From Alistipes sp. (GTDB lineage Bacteria; Bacteroidota; Bacteroidia; Bacteroidales; Rikenellaceae): a stretch of 55,751 nt of DNA. Shown one piece after another: positions 22,679 through 31,211 of this stretch (positions are counted from its first letter, which is position 1; each line of letters starts with the position of its first letter). The DNA lies in contig JAFODV010000097.1 of assembly GCA_017380515.1 (NCBI GenBank), forward strand, positions 1 through 55,751, read 5' to 3'. The translations under genes were made by a program, and so were the position numbers. The notes beneath the pieces were generated by a model, which saw only the letters and a program-made list of their open reading frames with translations, made no database searches and had not been told where the DNA came from.

Positions 22679-23635
22679 TTACTCGTTTGTCTCTGCAATG
22701 CTTTTTTTGAACTTAGCTTTGAACTCTTTGCGTATGGAGTCTCTTTGCTTTACGTCAAATAGGTTTAGGTATAGCTCTTCGGCAATGGCTGGGTCAACGT
22801 TGCCAACACTAATACCTTGTTGCTCGACGCCCTCTTGTTCTTTGCTCTTTATGGGGTTCATCTCGGGGCGATACTCGAAGTGCATAGTGTCGAAGTGATA
22901 CCATCTGCCACCCCAGATAAAGCCATGACGCTCAAATATCTCAACAATCTCCATATTGTAGGTGTTCATATATTCTATCTGCGTGCTCTCTGTGGCGTGC
23001 GGATAGCTCCACTTCCAGTAGTGCGACTTGCTTATTGCCATGTCGATTGCTATGCCATAGCAGTGTGGGCTCAGACGTGTTGTGCCCAATATGGGACGCC
23101 AGTTAAAGGTCTGTGCATCAGTAACCCACTCCTTAAATTCGGGATGCTGATCAAGTTCGTCCGATACACGCTGTAGCGCCTCGGCAGCTCCCGCTACACT
23201 CGTAAATAGTATAGGTCGGCCACCAAGCTTAGGACACCAGTTGACAACCACAAGGTTGCTTATAATCTTTTCTCGGGTGTCGCCATATATCTTCTCGAAG
23301 AATGCGGCACAACGATAGCGGCCAGGGTCGTAGCCATATTCTGGTGGGAATTTAGTGATGTCGTACTCATATATAAATATCTCCTCGACATCCTGCTGCT
23401 GGTGCATCTGCTCGGTGGTGCGCTTGATGCCATCGTTGTAGATCATGCGGCTGCCATCCCAAAAGATGATATGGTTGTTCTCGTAGCCAACAACATGCTG
23501 TGGGTAGGCCTCCATTATACGTCGTGCACCCTCGGGAATTGAGTCGGATCTCTCCTGTCGACTCGAAGGTGTCGACGAACATGCCACGACGGTAATTAGT
23601 AGTATTGAACAGAGCAATAAACGCTTCCTATTCAT
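22679..23635 (-). CDS. M15-family zinc metallopeptidase lipoprotein (peptidoglycan peptidase)
   Basis: VVAC lipobox, SPHCYGIAID (SxHxxGxAxD), FIWGGRW, DTMHFEY. Confidence 0.88.
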   Translation of the reverse strand: MNRKRLLLCSILLITVVACSSTPSSRQERSDSIPEGARRIMEAYPQHVVGYENNHIIFWDGSRMIYNDGIKRTTEQMHQQQDVEEIFIYEYDITKFPPEYGYDPGRYRCAAFFEKIYGDTREKIISNLVVVNWCPKLGGRPILFTSVAGAAEALQRVSDELDQHPEFKEWVTDAQTFNWRPILGTTRLSPHCYGIAIDMAISKSHYWKWSYPHATESTQIEYMNTYNMEIVEIFERHGFIWGGRWYHFDTMHFEYRPEMNPIKSKEQEGVEQQGISVGNVDPAIAEELYLNLFDVKQRDSIRKEFKAKFKKSIAETNE

Positions 23636-23652
23636 CTCTTGTTCTAAGTGTG

Positions 23653-24606
23653 TTAATAACTATCTGGATTAGATCCATTCTCATAATTCTTGATAAACAT
23701 GATGTTGTACTGCTCAATGCTATTGAGTGTAGGATTATATGTGTAGGGCTGATACCAACTCTGCTGCGAGAAATAGTTGCGTAGCTCATCATTGTCGAAG
23801 ATATATCCGTTGCGGGCATATATCTCATTGCGCATGATGCGAAGGTCATACGAACTCAAGTATTCAAGATCTGATTCGGTGAGCTTCTGTGTTGATGTAT
23901 ATGGATAGCGCCCCACATTTTTATTTGTGTTAATAGTCGATTTCAACCTATTCTCATAGGCAACAATCACTCTTATATTGTGAGCCTCGATAGTGCTAAG
24001 TGTCACTTCATTGTAGAGTGGTTGATACCAGCTCTGTTGTGAGAAGTGTCTTATCAGATCCTGCTTGCCAAAGATGAAGCCGCGACGAGCATAAATCTCG
24101 TTGCGCATGATGCGAAGGTCGTAGGCGGTAAGACCATAAAGGTCGCTATCGGTAATCTGGCGTGATGAGGTAAATGGGAAGCGACCCACCTCAATGGGCT
24201 GAAGATCCTCTGATATAGCTGTCTGACTACCCGTTGATGTCTCATGCCTGTTATCGCCCAATAGCATGATGGCAGCAACGGTGCTTATTGCTATGGTGAG
24301 AAGCGAGAGCACCACAATGAGGCCAATAATCAAACCCCTCTTTGACTTTTGCTGAGGAGCGATAGCTGGATTTGTTGCTTGTGTATAAGGAGTACGTGGT
24401 GCTTGCTGCTCGTGCTGAGGTGTTATGCTTGTCTCTACATTGGTGTTAGGCTCATTATGTATTGGAGCAGCAGCAACCGTTTGGGTAGTAGGTGTTTTTG
24501 CTGCAGGATTTGGTTGTGATGAAACATATACAAAAGAGCATCTGTAGCATACTTTTGCGTCAGTGGGTGAGTAGGCGCCGCACATTGGACATTGCATTAG
24601 TGCCAT
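23653..24606 (-). CDS. Zinc-ribbon + TM + two YARHG domains
   Basis: CPMC..CYRC, Pro/Thr/Gln linker, TM helix, LRIMRNEIYARRG and LRIMRNEIYARNG. Confidence 0.9.
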   Translation of the reverse strand: MALMQCPMCGAYSPTDAKVCYRCSFVYVSSQPNPAAKTPTTQTVAAAPIHNEPNTNVETSITPQHEQQAPRTPYTQATNPAIAPQQKSKRGLIIGLIVVLSLLTIAISTVAAIMLLGDNRHETSTGSQTAISEDLQPIEVGRFPFTSSRQITDSDLYGLTAYDLRIMRNEIYARRGFIFGKQDLIRHFSQQSWYQPLYNEVTLSTIEAHNIRVIVAYENRLKSTINTNKNVGRYPYTSTQKLTESDLEYLSSYDLRIMRNEIYARNGYIFDNDELRNYFSQQSWYQPYTYNPTLNSIEQYNIMFIKNYENGSNPDSY

Positions 24607-24655
24607 AGTTATATGTAGTGTTTAGTTAATATTGCTAATATGGTTTTTCCTCTTG

Positions 24656-25372
24656 CTACTCGTACTGCTTGATGAAGCTTACGTTGTACTGCTCTATGCT
24701 CGACAGTGTCACGTTGTGTGTTGTTGGACGATACCAGCTCTGCGCGGAGAAATACTCCCTCATATCCTGAGTTTTGAATATGTAGCCGTGACGAGCGTAG
24801 ATCTCGTTACGCATGATGCGTAGCTCGTATGCGCTTAGGTGGGCAATATCTGAATATGTAAGCTTGCGTGTTGATGTGAAGGGGTATAGGCCTACACCCA
24901 CGCCGTTCGAAGATTTTGTATTCGAACGGCTTAGCTTACTCTCGTATGCCTTGATAACACTCACGTTGTGCTGCTCGATTTGGCTAAGAGTAACATTTGC
25001 AGAGATGGGACGATACCAACTCTGCTGCGCGAAGTACTGCTTCATTTCCTGAGTTTTGAATATGTAGCCGTGGCGTGCATATATCTCGTTGCGCATGATG
25101 CGAAGATCAGCGAGGCTCATGCCATAGAGATCGCTTTCAGATATGTAGCGCGATGAGGTAAATGGCCAATGACCCTTTAATACTGGCTGTGGCTTGGCTA
25201 TGTCTTCTGCCACTGCCACACCATTGGTGACTACGCCCGTATTTTGCTCTCGGCTGTCAATGTTTGTGGTGGTAGCAAATGTGCTAAGCGGCGTGCTTAG
25301 AAGTGATATAGTTGCAATAAGGCCAATGAATAGCCCCTTCCTGCAGTTTTGTTGAACATGGGTCTTAACCAT
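24656..25372 (-). CDS. Double-YARHG-domain protein
   Basis: N-terminal hydrophobic segment; two LRIMRNEIYARHGYIF..F..QSWY repeats; promoter TACCTTTG at 25463-25470. Confidence 0.92.
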   Translation of the reverse strand: MVKTHVQQNCRKGLFIGLIATISLLSTPLSTFATTTNIDSREQNTGVVTNGVAVAEDIAKPQPVLKGHWPFTSSRYISESDLYGMSLADLRIMRNEIYARHGYIFKTQEMKQYFAQQSWYRPISANVTLSQIEQHNVSVIKAYESKLSRSNTKSSNGVGVGLYPFTSTRKLTYSDIAHLSAYELRIMRNEIYARHGYIFKTQDMREYFSAQSWYRPTTHNVTLSSIEQYNVSFIKQYE

Positions 25373-25591
25373 AGCTTTAGTTTAGTGTTTAGTTAATATT
25401 GCTGATGTAAACGAATAGCTTACTTCTCATACAGCTTGATATCCTTATTTTCCTTGATGTAACAAAGGTAAGAAATCATAATCAAATACGCAAATATATT
25501 CATATTTGTATTATCCCGAAAAAATGACTATCTTTGTGGGTTCCTAAGTATTTAGCAGAAGCAATTTAAAAAATATATTGAGATTATAACT

Positions 25592-26668
25592 ATGGGATTT
25601 TTTGATCTTTTCAAAAAGAAGAAGGTTGAGCCAGAGGTGAAGAGTGCTGAGGTATCTAACGAGATAGAGGTGAGTGTAGAGGAGCAGGTGGCCCAACAGG
25701 AGGCTGCCGAGGCCGAGGAGAAAGCCCAACAGGAGGCTGAACGCAAGGAGCTTGAGGCGGGCCTTGAGAAGACTAAGGAGGGTTTCTTCGGTAAGCTCAA
25801 GCGTGCCATTGCTGGTCGAACAACTGTCGATGCTGATGTGCTTGACGATTTGGAGGAGGTGCTCATCACCTCAGACGTAGGTGTCGATACCACAGTAAAG
25901 ATTATCGAGCGTATCGAGGCACGTGTTGCTCGCGATAAATATCTTAACACTGAGGAGCTTCATGCAATTTTGCGAGATGAGATTGCGCAGCTCATGGAGG
26001 AGTCACACCGCTCGACTAAGGACTTCGGTATCGAAGTTAAGGAGGGTATGCCATATGTGCTTATGGTTGTAGGTGTTAATGGTGCAGGTAAGACTACTAC
26101 TATTGGTAAGCTCGCAGCACAGCTTACCAAGGCAGGTAGAAAGGTCTATATCGGTGCTGCCGATACGTTCCGTGCTGCGGCTATCGACCAGCTTGCAGTG
26201 TGGGCTGAGCGTGCTGGTGCTACTATGGTGCGTCAGGAGATGGGCTCAGATCCTGCCTCTGTGGCTTACGATACACTACGCTCGGCAGTGGCTAATGGTG
26301 CCGATGTGGTGCTTATCGACACGGCTGGTCGTTTGCACAATAAGATTGGCCTTATGAAGGAGCTTACGAAGATTCGCAATGTGATGTCGAAGGTTATCCC
26401 CGATGCTCCACACGAGGTTATGCTTGTGCTCGATGGCTCAACAGGTCAGAATGCCTTTGAGCAGGCGAAGCACTTCACTGAGGCTACTCAGGTGACATCG
26501 CTAACCATCACCAAGCTCGATGGCACTGCTAAGGGTGGTGTGGTTATCGGTATTAGCGATAAGTTCCATATTCCTGTGCGCTACATCGGTATTGGCGAGG
26601 GTATCGATCAGCTTAAAATGTTCGATCGCAAGGAGTTTGTTCGTGCTATGTTTGGCGATGCTAAATAG
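25592..26668 (+). CDS. ftsY: SRP receptor FtsY
   Basis: GVNGAGKTTTIGK, DTFRAAA, DTAGR, TKLDGTAKGG; promoter TATCTTTG at 25529. Confidence 0.99.
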   Translation: MGFFDLFKKKKVEPEVKSAEVSNEIEVSVEEQVAQQEAAEAEEKAQQEAERKELEAGLEKTKEGFFGKLKRAIAGRTTVDADVLDDLEEVLITSDVGVDTTVKIIERIEARVARDKYLNTEELHAILRDEIAQLMEESHRSTKDFGIEVKEGMPYVLMVVGVNGAGKTTTIGKLAAQLTKAGRKVYIGAADTFRAAAIDQLAVWAERAGATMVRQEMGSDPASVAYDTLRSAVANGADVVLIDTAGRLHNKIGLMKELTKIRNVMSKVIPDAPHEVMLVLDGSTGQNAFEQAKHFTEATQVTSLTITKLDGTAKGGVVIGISDKFHIPVRYIGIGEGIDQLKMFDRKEFVRAMFGDAK

Positions 26669-26676
26669 TTGATACT

Positions 26677-27972
26677 ATGGCAAAAAAGATTAATATAATA
26701 ACTCTCGGCTGCTCGAAGAACACTGTTGACTCGGAGCATCTTGCTGCGCAACTTGCGGCAATGGACTACAAAATAGTTTTTGATAGTGACCGCACAGATG
26801 CTAATGTTGTAGTAATCAACACCTGTGGTTTTATTGGCGATGCTAAGCAGGAGTCTATCGACACTATCTTGCGCGCTGCACAGCTCAAAGAGCATGGTAA
26901 GATTGAGGAATTGTTCGTTGTTGGTTGCCTCTCACAGCGCTATGCCGATGAGCTACGTCCTGAACTCCCAGAGGTTGATGACTTCTTCGGCGTTAACGAC
27001 TGGGCAGGCATCGTGGAGCGTCTTGGAGCTAAGTATCGTGCCGAGAACGAGACAAAGCGTGAGCTATCGACACCATCGCACTATGCCTACCTCAAGATTT
27101 CGGAGGGTTGCAACTGGATGTGTGGCTATTGTGCCATACCGCTGATTCGTGGTCGTCACAAGTCGGTGCCTATGGAGGCGCTTGTGGCTGAGGCTGAGGC
27201 ACTTGTTGAGAAGGGCGTGCGTGAGATTATCGTCATTGCTCAGGACACAACCTATTATGGTGTGGATATCTATGGCGAGCGTAAGATTGCCGAGCTATTA
27301 GAGCGCTTGTGCCGCATTGAGAAGTTGGAGTGGATACGTCTTCACTATGCCTATCCTACAGATTTCCCAGATCAGCTTATCGAGGTAATGGCGCGTGAAC
27401 CAAAGATCTGCAGATACCTCGACATCCCATTCCAGCATATATCAGATAATCAGCTCGCAGCAATGAAGCGCCGTCATACTAAGGCTGAGGCTATAGAGCT
27501 TGTTAATAAGTTGCGCAAGGCTATCCCCGATATCGCACTTCGTACAACGCTTCTTGTGGGCTATCCTGGTGAGACTGATGCTGACTTTGCCGAGCTTATG
27601 GAGTTTGTCAAGAGTGCAAAGTTTGACCGTTTGGGTGTATTCCCCTACTCTGAGGAGGAGGGAACATACTCGGCCACTCGTCTCAAGGACGATGTTGCTG
27701 ACGAGATTAAGCATGAGCGTGTAGATCGCATTATGCGCCTTCAGGAACGAGTGTCGCTCGAGAACAACGCTAAGCGCATAGGTCAGACCATGCGAGTGAT
27801 TGTTGATCGTAAGGAGGGTGAATTTTATATCGGTCGCTCGGAGTACGACTCACCTGAGGTTGACCAGGAGATAATCATTGATAGCTGTGGCAAGCGCTTG
27901 TATCGTGGCCGCTTCTACGATGTGCAAATCACCGATTGCGAGGATTACGATCTGTTTGCATCACTGTTGTAG
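26677..27972 (+). CDS. rimO: Ribosomal protein S12 methylthiotransferase
   Basis: LGCSKN.VDSE, NTCGFI, CNWMCGYC radical-SAM motif, DSPEVD, TRAM domain. Confidence 0.96.
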   Translation: MAKKINIITLGCSKNTVDSEHLAAQLAAMDYKIVFDSDRTDANVVVINTCGFIGDAKQESIDTILRAAQLKEHGKIEELFVVGCLSQRYADELRPELPEVDDFFGVNDWAGIVERLGAKYRAENETKRELSTPSHYAYLKISEGCNWMCGYCAIPLIRGRHKSVPMEALVAEAEALVEKGVREIIVIAQDTTYYGVDIYGERKIAELLERLCRIEKLEWIRLHYAYPTDFPDQLIEVMAREPKICRYLDIPFQHISDNQLAAMKRRHTKAEAIELVNKLRKAIPDIALRTTLLVGYPGETDADFAELMEFVKSAKFDRLGVFPYSEEEGTYSATRLKDDVADEIKHERVDRIMRLQERVSLENNAKRIGQTMRVIVDRKEGEFYIGRSEYDSPEVDQEIIIDSCGKRLYRGRFYDVQITDCEDYDLFASLL

Positions 27973-28057
27973 TCGAGCTGATTTTGAGATAAAATTTTGA
28001 AATTAGCGAAATTTTACATATCTTTGATGCAGTAAACATTTTTTTGATGCCGTCATT

Positions 28058-28363
28058 ATGGCCCAGAAGGATATTATCAAACGACTACACGACGAGGTAG
28101 AGAGGCTTATTGCCGACCACGAGCGTATTGCTAAGGAGTGTCGTGATCTTGTCAAGCAGCGCGATAAGCTACTTGGCGAGAAACATCGTTTGGAGGAGCG
28201 TGTACGCGAGCAGGATACACGCATCAAGAGCCTTGAACTTGTTGGAGTTATGCGTGGCGATGACGGTAATGTTGAGCGAGCACGAGCACGTGTCAATGGC
28301 CTTTTGCGGGAGGTGGACAAGTGTATTGCCGCAATCAAGACTTATGAACAAGAAAACCAGTAA
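28058..28363 (+). CDS. ZapB-like coiled-coil protein
   Basis: Coiled coil ending LLREVDKCIA, directly upstream of zapA; promoter TATCTTTG at 28019. Confidence 0.75.
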   Translation: MAQKDIIKRLHDEVERLIADHERIAKECRDLVKQRDKLLGEKHRLEERVREQDTRIKSLELVGVMRGDDGNVERARARVNGLLREVDKCIAAIKTYEQENQ

Positions 28364-28369
28364 CCGACG

Positions 28370-28660
28370 ATGGCTGAAGGCAAAGTAAAGATAAACCTAT
28401 CAATTGCAGGTAGAAGCTACCCGATGACCATTGATGCGGCTAACGAGGAGCTATATCGTGAGGCAACGAAACGTCTGAACGAGAAGATTACCGAGTACTC
28501 AAAAATCGGTAAGCTCGACATTCAGGATCGCATAGCCATGGCAGCCTTGCGCTACTCGATTCTTGCACTCACCACCGAGCATGGTTCATCGCTCGGTGAC
28601 GAAGATGTCGAGGAGCTACATGCTATCGAGGAGCGTATTCGTCGATATGTGCGTAAGTAG
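28370..28660 (+). CDS. zapA: Cell division protein ZapA
   Basis: INLSIAGRSYPMTI..EE..REA..LN..D.IAMAAL; zapA-rny context. Confidence 0.88.
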   Translation: MAEGKVKINLSIAGRSYPMTIDAANEELYREATKRLNEKITEYSKIGKLDIQDRIAMAALRYSILALTTEHGSSLGDEDVEELHAIEERIRRYVRK

Positions 28661-28794
28661 AGGTTTTTAGTGAGGAGAGGTGACGTTGAGGCCCAATATT
28701 TGCAGTGGTCGTTGAAGCCTTTCATCGGTATCATAGTTAATGGAGGCATCCCAGCATATAATGATGTCAACGTTCTTTATATAGAAAATGATCT

Positions 28795-28996
28795 ATCCCG
28801 CATAGATTCCTTACAAGATTTGCGATCTGTACAACTAATTTTACATTGGGACAACTCTCGAGTAAAGCCACAAAACAAGGCCTCAACCCCTCGGGGTGTG
28901 GTGCGTAAGTGCCACCAGTGGACTGTTGCGTGCCTCGGAGCCCCACCTATGACTTATCTCAGGATTCGTCAAACAAGTTAAGGAGTCTTTGCGGAT
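28795..28996 (+). ncRNA. ssrS: Probable 6S RNA
   Basis: Closing stem CCGCATAGATTCCTTA (28798) pairs with TAAGGAGTCTTTGCGG (28979); ~200-nt rod with an unpaired central region; located downstream of zapA as 6S genes often are. Confidence 0.72.
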
Positions 28997-29056
28997 TTTT
29001 TTTTGTAATACATTAATTAATATATAACTATAACTACTTAACAACAATTATCTACT

Positions 29057-30586
29057 ATGGGATCAACAATGATAATCGTCGGCGTGGTGGTTGGTGCTAT
29101 TGCAGGAGGCGTTATAGCCTACTTCGGAGCACGTTCACGCGCAAAGGCTATCGTCGCAAAGGCGGAGGCTGACGGCGAAATGATAAAGAAGGAGAAGATG
29201 TTGCAGGCTAAGGAGAAGTTCATTCAGCTTAAGAGTGAGCACGACCGCCATGTGAATGAGCGCAACCAGAAGCTTCAGCAGAGCGAGCAGCGTGCTAAGC
29301 AGGCTGAGGCTAACCTTCAGCATAAGGAGCGTGAGCTCGACAAGAAGTCGGTAGACTATGACCGTAAGAAGGAGCAGCTCGAGCAGCAGATGCAGGGCGT
29401 AGAGAGCCGCAAAGAGGAGCTTGCAGCAGTCATCAAGGAGCAGAATGCTCGTTTGGAGCAGATATCGGGCATGAGTTCTGAGGAGGCTAAGAATGTGCTT
29501 ATCGAGAATATGAAGGCTGAGGCTAAGGCTGAAGCAGCAGCATATATCGCTGAGACTATTGAGGAGGCTAAGCTCTCTGCAACAAAGGAGGCTAAGCGTA
29601 TCGTGGTGGCATCTATCCAGCGTGTAGCTACTGAGACTGCTATTGAGAATGCAGTGACAGTATTCAATATCGAGTCAGACGAGGTTAAGGGACGTATCAT
29701 CGGTCGTGAGGGCCGTAACATCCGTGCCTTAGAGGCTGCAACAGGCATCGAGATTATCGTCGATGACACACCTGAGGCTATCATCCTCTCGGGCTTCGAC
29801 CCTGTGCGTCGCGAGATTGCTCGCCTGGCGCTTCATCAGCTTGTTACTGACGGCCGTATCCACCCTGCACGTATCGAGGAGGTTGTGGCAAAGGTTAAGA
29901 AGCAGATTGAGGAGGAGATCGTTGAGGTTGGTAAGCGCACAACTATCGACCTCGGTATCCATGGCTTGCACCCTGAGCTTATTCGTCTTATCGGTAAGAT
30001 GAAGTATCGTTCGTCATATGGTCAGAACCTATTGCAGCATGCTCGTGAGACAGCAAATCTTGCTGGTATCATGGCTGCGGAGCTTGGACTAAATCCTAAG
30101 GCAGCACGACGTGCCGGCTTGTTGCACGATATCGGTAAGGTGCCCGATGACGAGCCAGAGTTGCCACACGCAATTATCGGTATGAAGCTTGCCGAGAAGT
30201 ATAAGGAGAAGCCAGATGTATGCAATGCTATTGGTGCTCACCACGACGAGGTGGAGATGACATCGCTCATAGCACCTATCATTCAGGTGTGTGATGCTAT
30301 CTCAGGTGCTCGTCCAGGTGCTCGCCGTGAGGTTGTCGAGTCATATATCAAGCGTCTTAAGGAGATGGAGGGCATCGCTCTATCATACCCAGGCGTTGTT
30401 AAGACCTATGCCATCCAGGCGGGCCGTGAGCTTCGTGTTATCGTCGGTGCCGACAAGCTCTCAGATCAGGAGTCAGAGTCATTGTCACACGATATAGCAA
30501 AGAAGATCCAGGACGAGATGACTTATCCTGGTCAGGTGAAGATTACGGTTATTCGTGAGACGCGTTCTGTGTCTTACGCCAAGTAA
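29057..30586 (+). CDS. rny: Ribonuclease Y
   Basis: N-terminal TM, coiled coil, KH domain ([13 protein letters not shown]), HD domain (LLHDIGK), [12 protein letters not shown]. Confidence 0.99.
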   Translation: MGSTMIIVGVVVGAIAGGVIAYFGARSRAKAIVAKAEADGEMIKKEKMLQAKEKFIQLKSEHDRHVNERNQKLQQSEQRAKQAEANLQHKERELDKKSVDYDRKKEQLEQQMQGVESRKEELAAVIKEQNARLEQISGMSSEEAKNVLIENMKAEAKAEAAAYIAETIEEAKLSATKEAKRIVVASIQRVATETAIENAVTVFNIESDEVKGRIIGREGRNIRALEAATGIEIIVDDTPEAIILSGFDPVRREIARLALHQLVTDGRIHPARIEEVVAKVKKQIEEEIVEVGKRTTIDLGIHGLHPELIRLIGKMKYRSSYGQNLLQHARETANLAGIMAAELGLNPKAARRAGLLHDIGKVPDDEPELPHAIIGMKLAEKYKEKPDVCNAIGAHHDEVEMTSLIAPIIQVCDAISGARPGARREVVESYIKRLKEMEGIALSYPGVVKTYAIQAGRELRVIVGADKLSDQESESLSHDIAKKIQDEMTYPGQVKITVIRETRSVSYAK

Positions 30587-30972
30587 AATTTGTTGTGATA
30601 AGGGGTCATTCTCGGCCCATCACAAAAAGTAAGACCCCTCGGGCTGTACTAATTGTACTATCCCGAGGGGATCTTCTTTTGTGATAGACCAAGCCTAACC
30701 CCCTCTAACAAGAAATTATTTCTCGTGATAAGGGGTCGATTGCGGCCCCTAACAAAAAATGGCGACAATGTGACGTACGCAAAGTACTACCCATCGTCGC
30801 CATTTTTGCCGAGTGTAGCACTCGGCACCCTTCTGACAACAAATTTATTTCTTGTGATAAGGGCGCATCTGCGACCTTTCAATCAAAGCCACCAATGGGA
30901 CGTACACCAAGTACTACCCATCGGTGGCATTTTTGCCGAGTGTAGCACTCGACACCCTTCTGACGCTAAATT
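30587..30972 (+). repeat. Tandem array of three ~127-bp hairpin units (R1 30587-30717, R2 30718-30845, R3 30847-30972)
   Basis: Same end motifs as the cysS units; apexes GTAC-TAATT-GTAC, GTAC-GCAAA-GTAC, GTAC-ACCAA-GTAC. Confidence 0.9.
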
Positions 30973-31132
30973 TACTCCGCTGAATTGGGTGGTGATATTA
31001 TGGGTGTTGTCGGTGTCTTTTTACCCAGTCTCCCCAGAGCGAAGCGGAATTACCCAGTGCTACCCAGAGCTTTAGCGGCTCTACCTAGATGGGGTCGATA
31101 GCATACTCAGCATATGACTTGGTATAAACAAT

Positions 31133-31163
31133 AACCTCTAGGTATGATGAATACCTAGAGGTT
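31133..31163. terminator. Hairpin or terminator between convergent rny and orphan gene
   Basis: AACCTCTAGGTAT-loop-ATACCTAGAGGTT. Confidence 0.7.
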
Positions 31164-31211
31164 GCTAACTTTTGAAATCTTAGATTAGTCCGAACGCTAA
31201 AATGTCTTATA

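Noticed and set aside
28670-28981. 103-aa ORF between zapA and rny
   Set aside because: Overlaps the 6S RNA candidate; atypical composition
30587-30972. CRISPR array
   Set aside because: No identical 25-45 bp direct repeats with unique spacers; units are self-complementary over their full length; no cas genes in the window
30653-31075. 140-aa ORF
   Set aside because: Runs through the hairpin repeats, has a non-ATG start and no protein-like features
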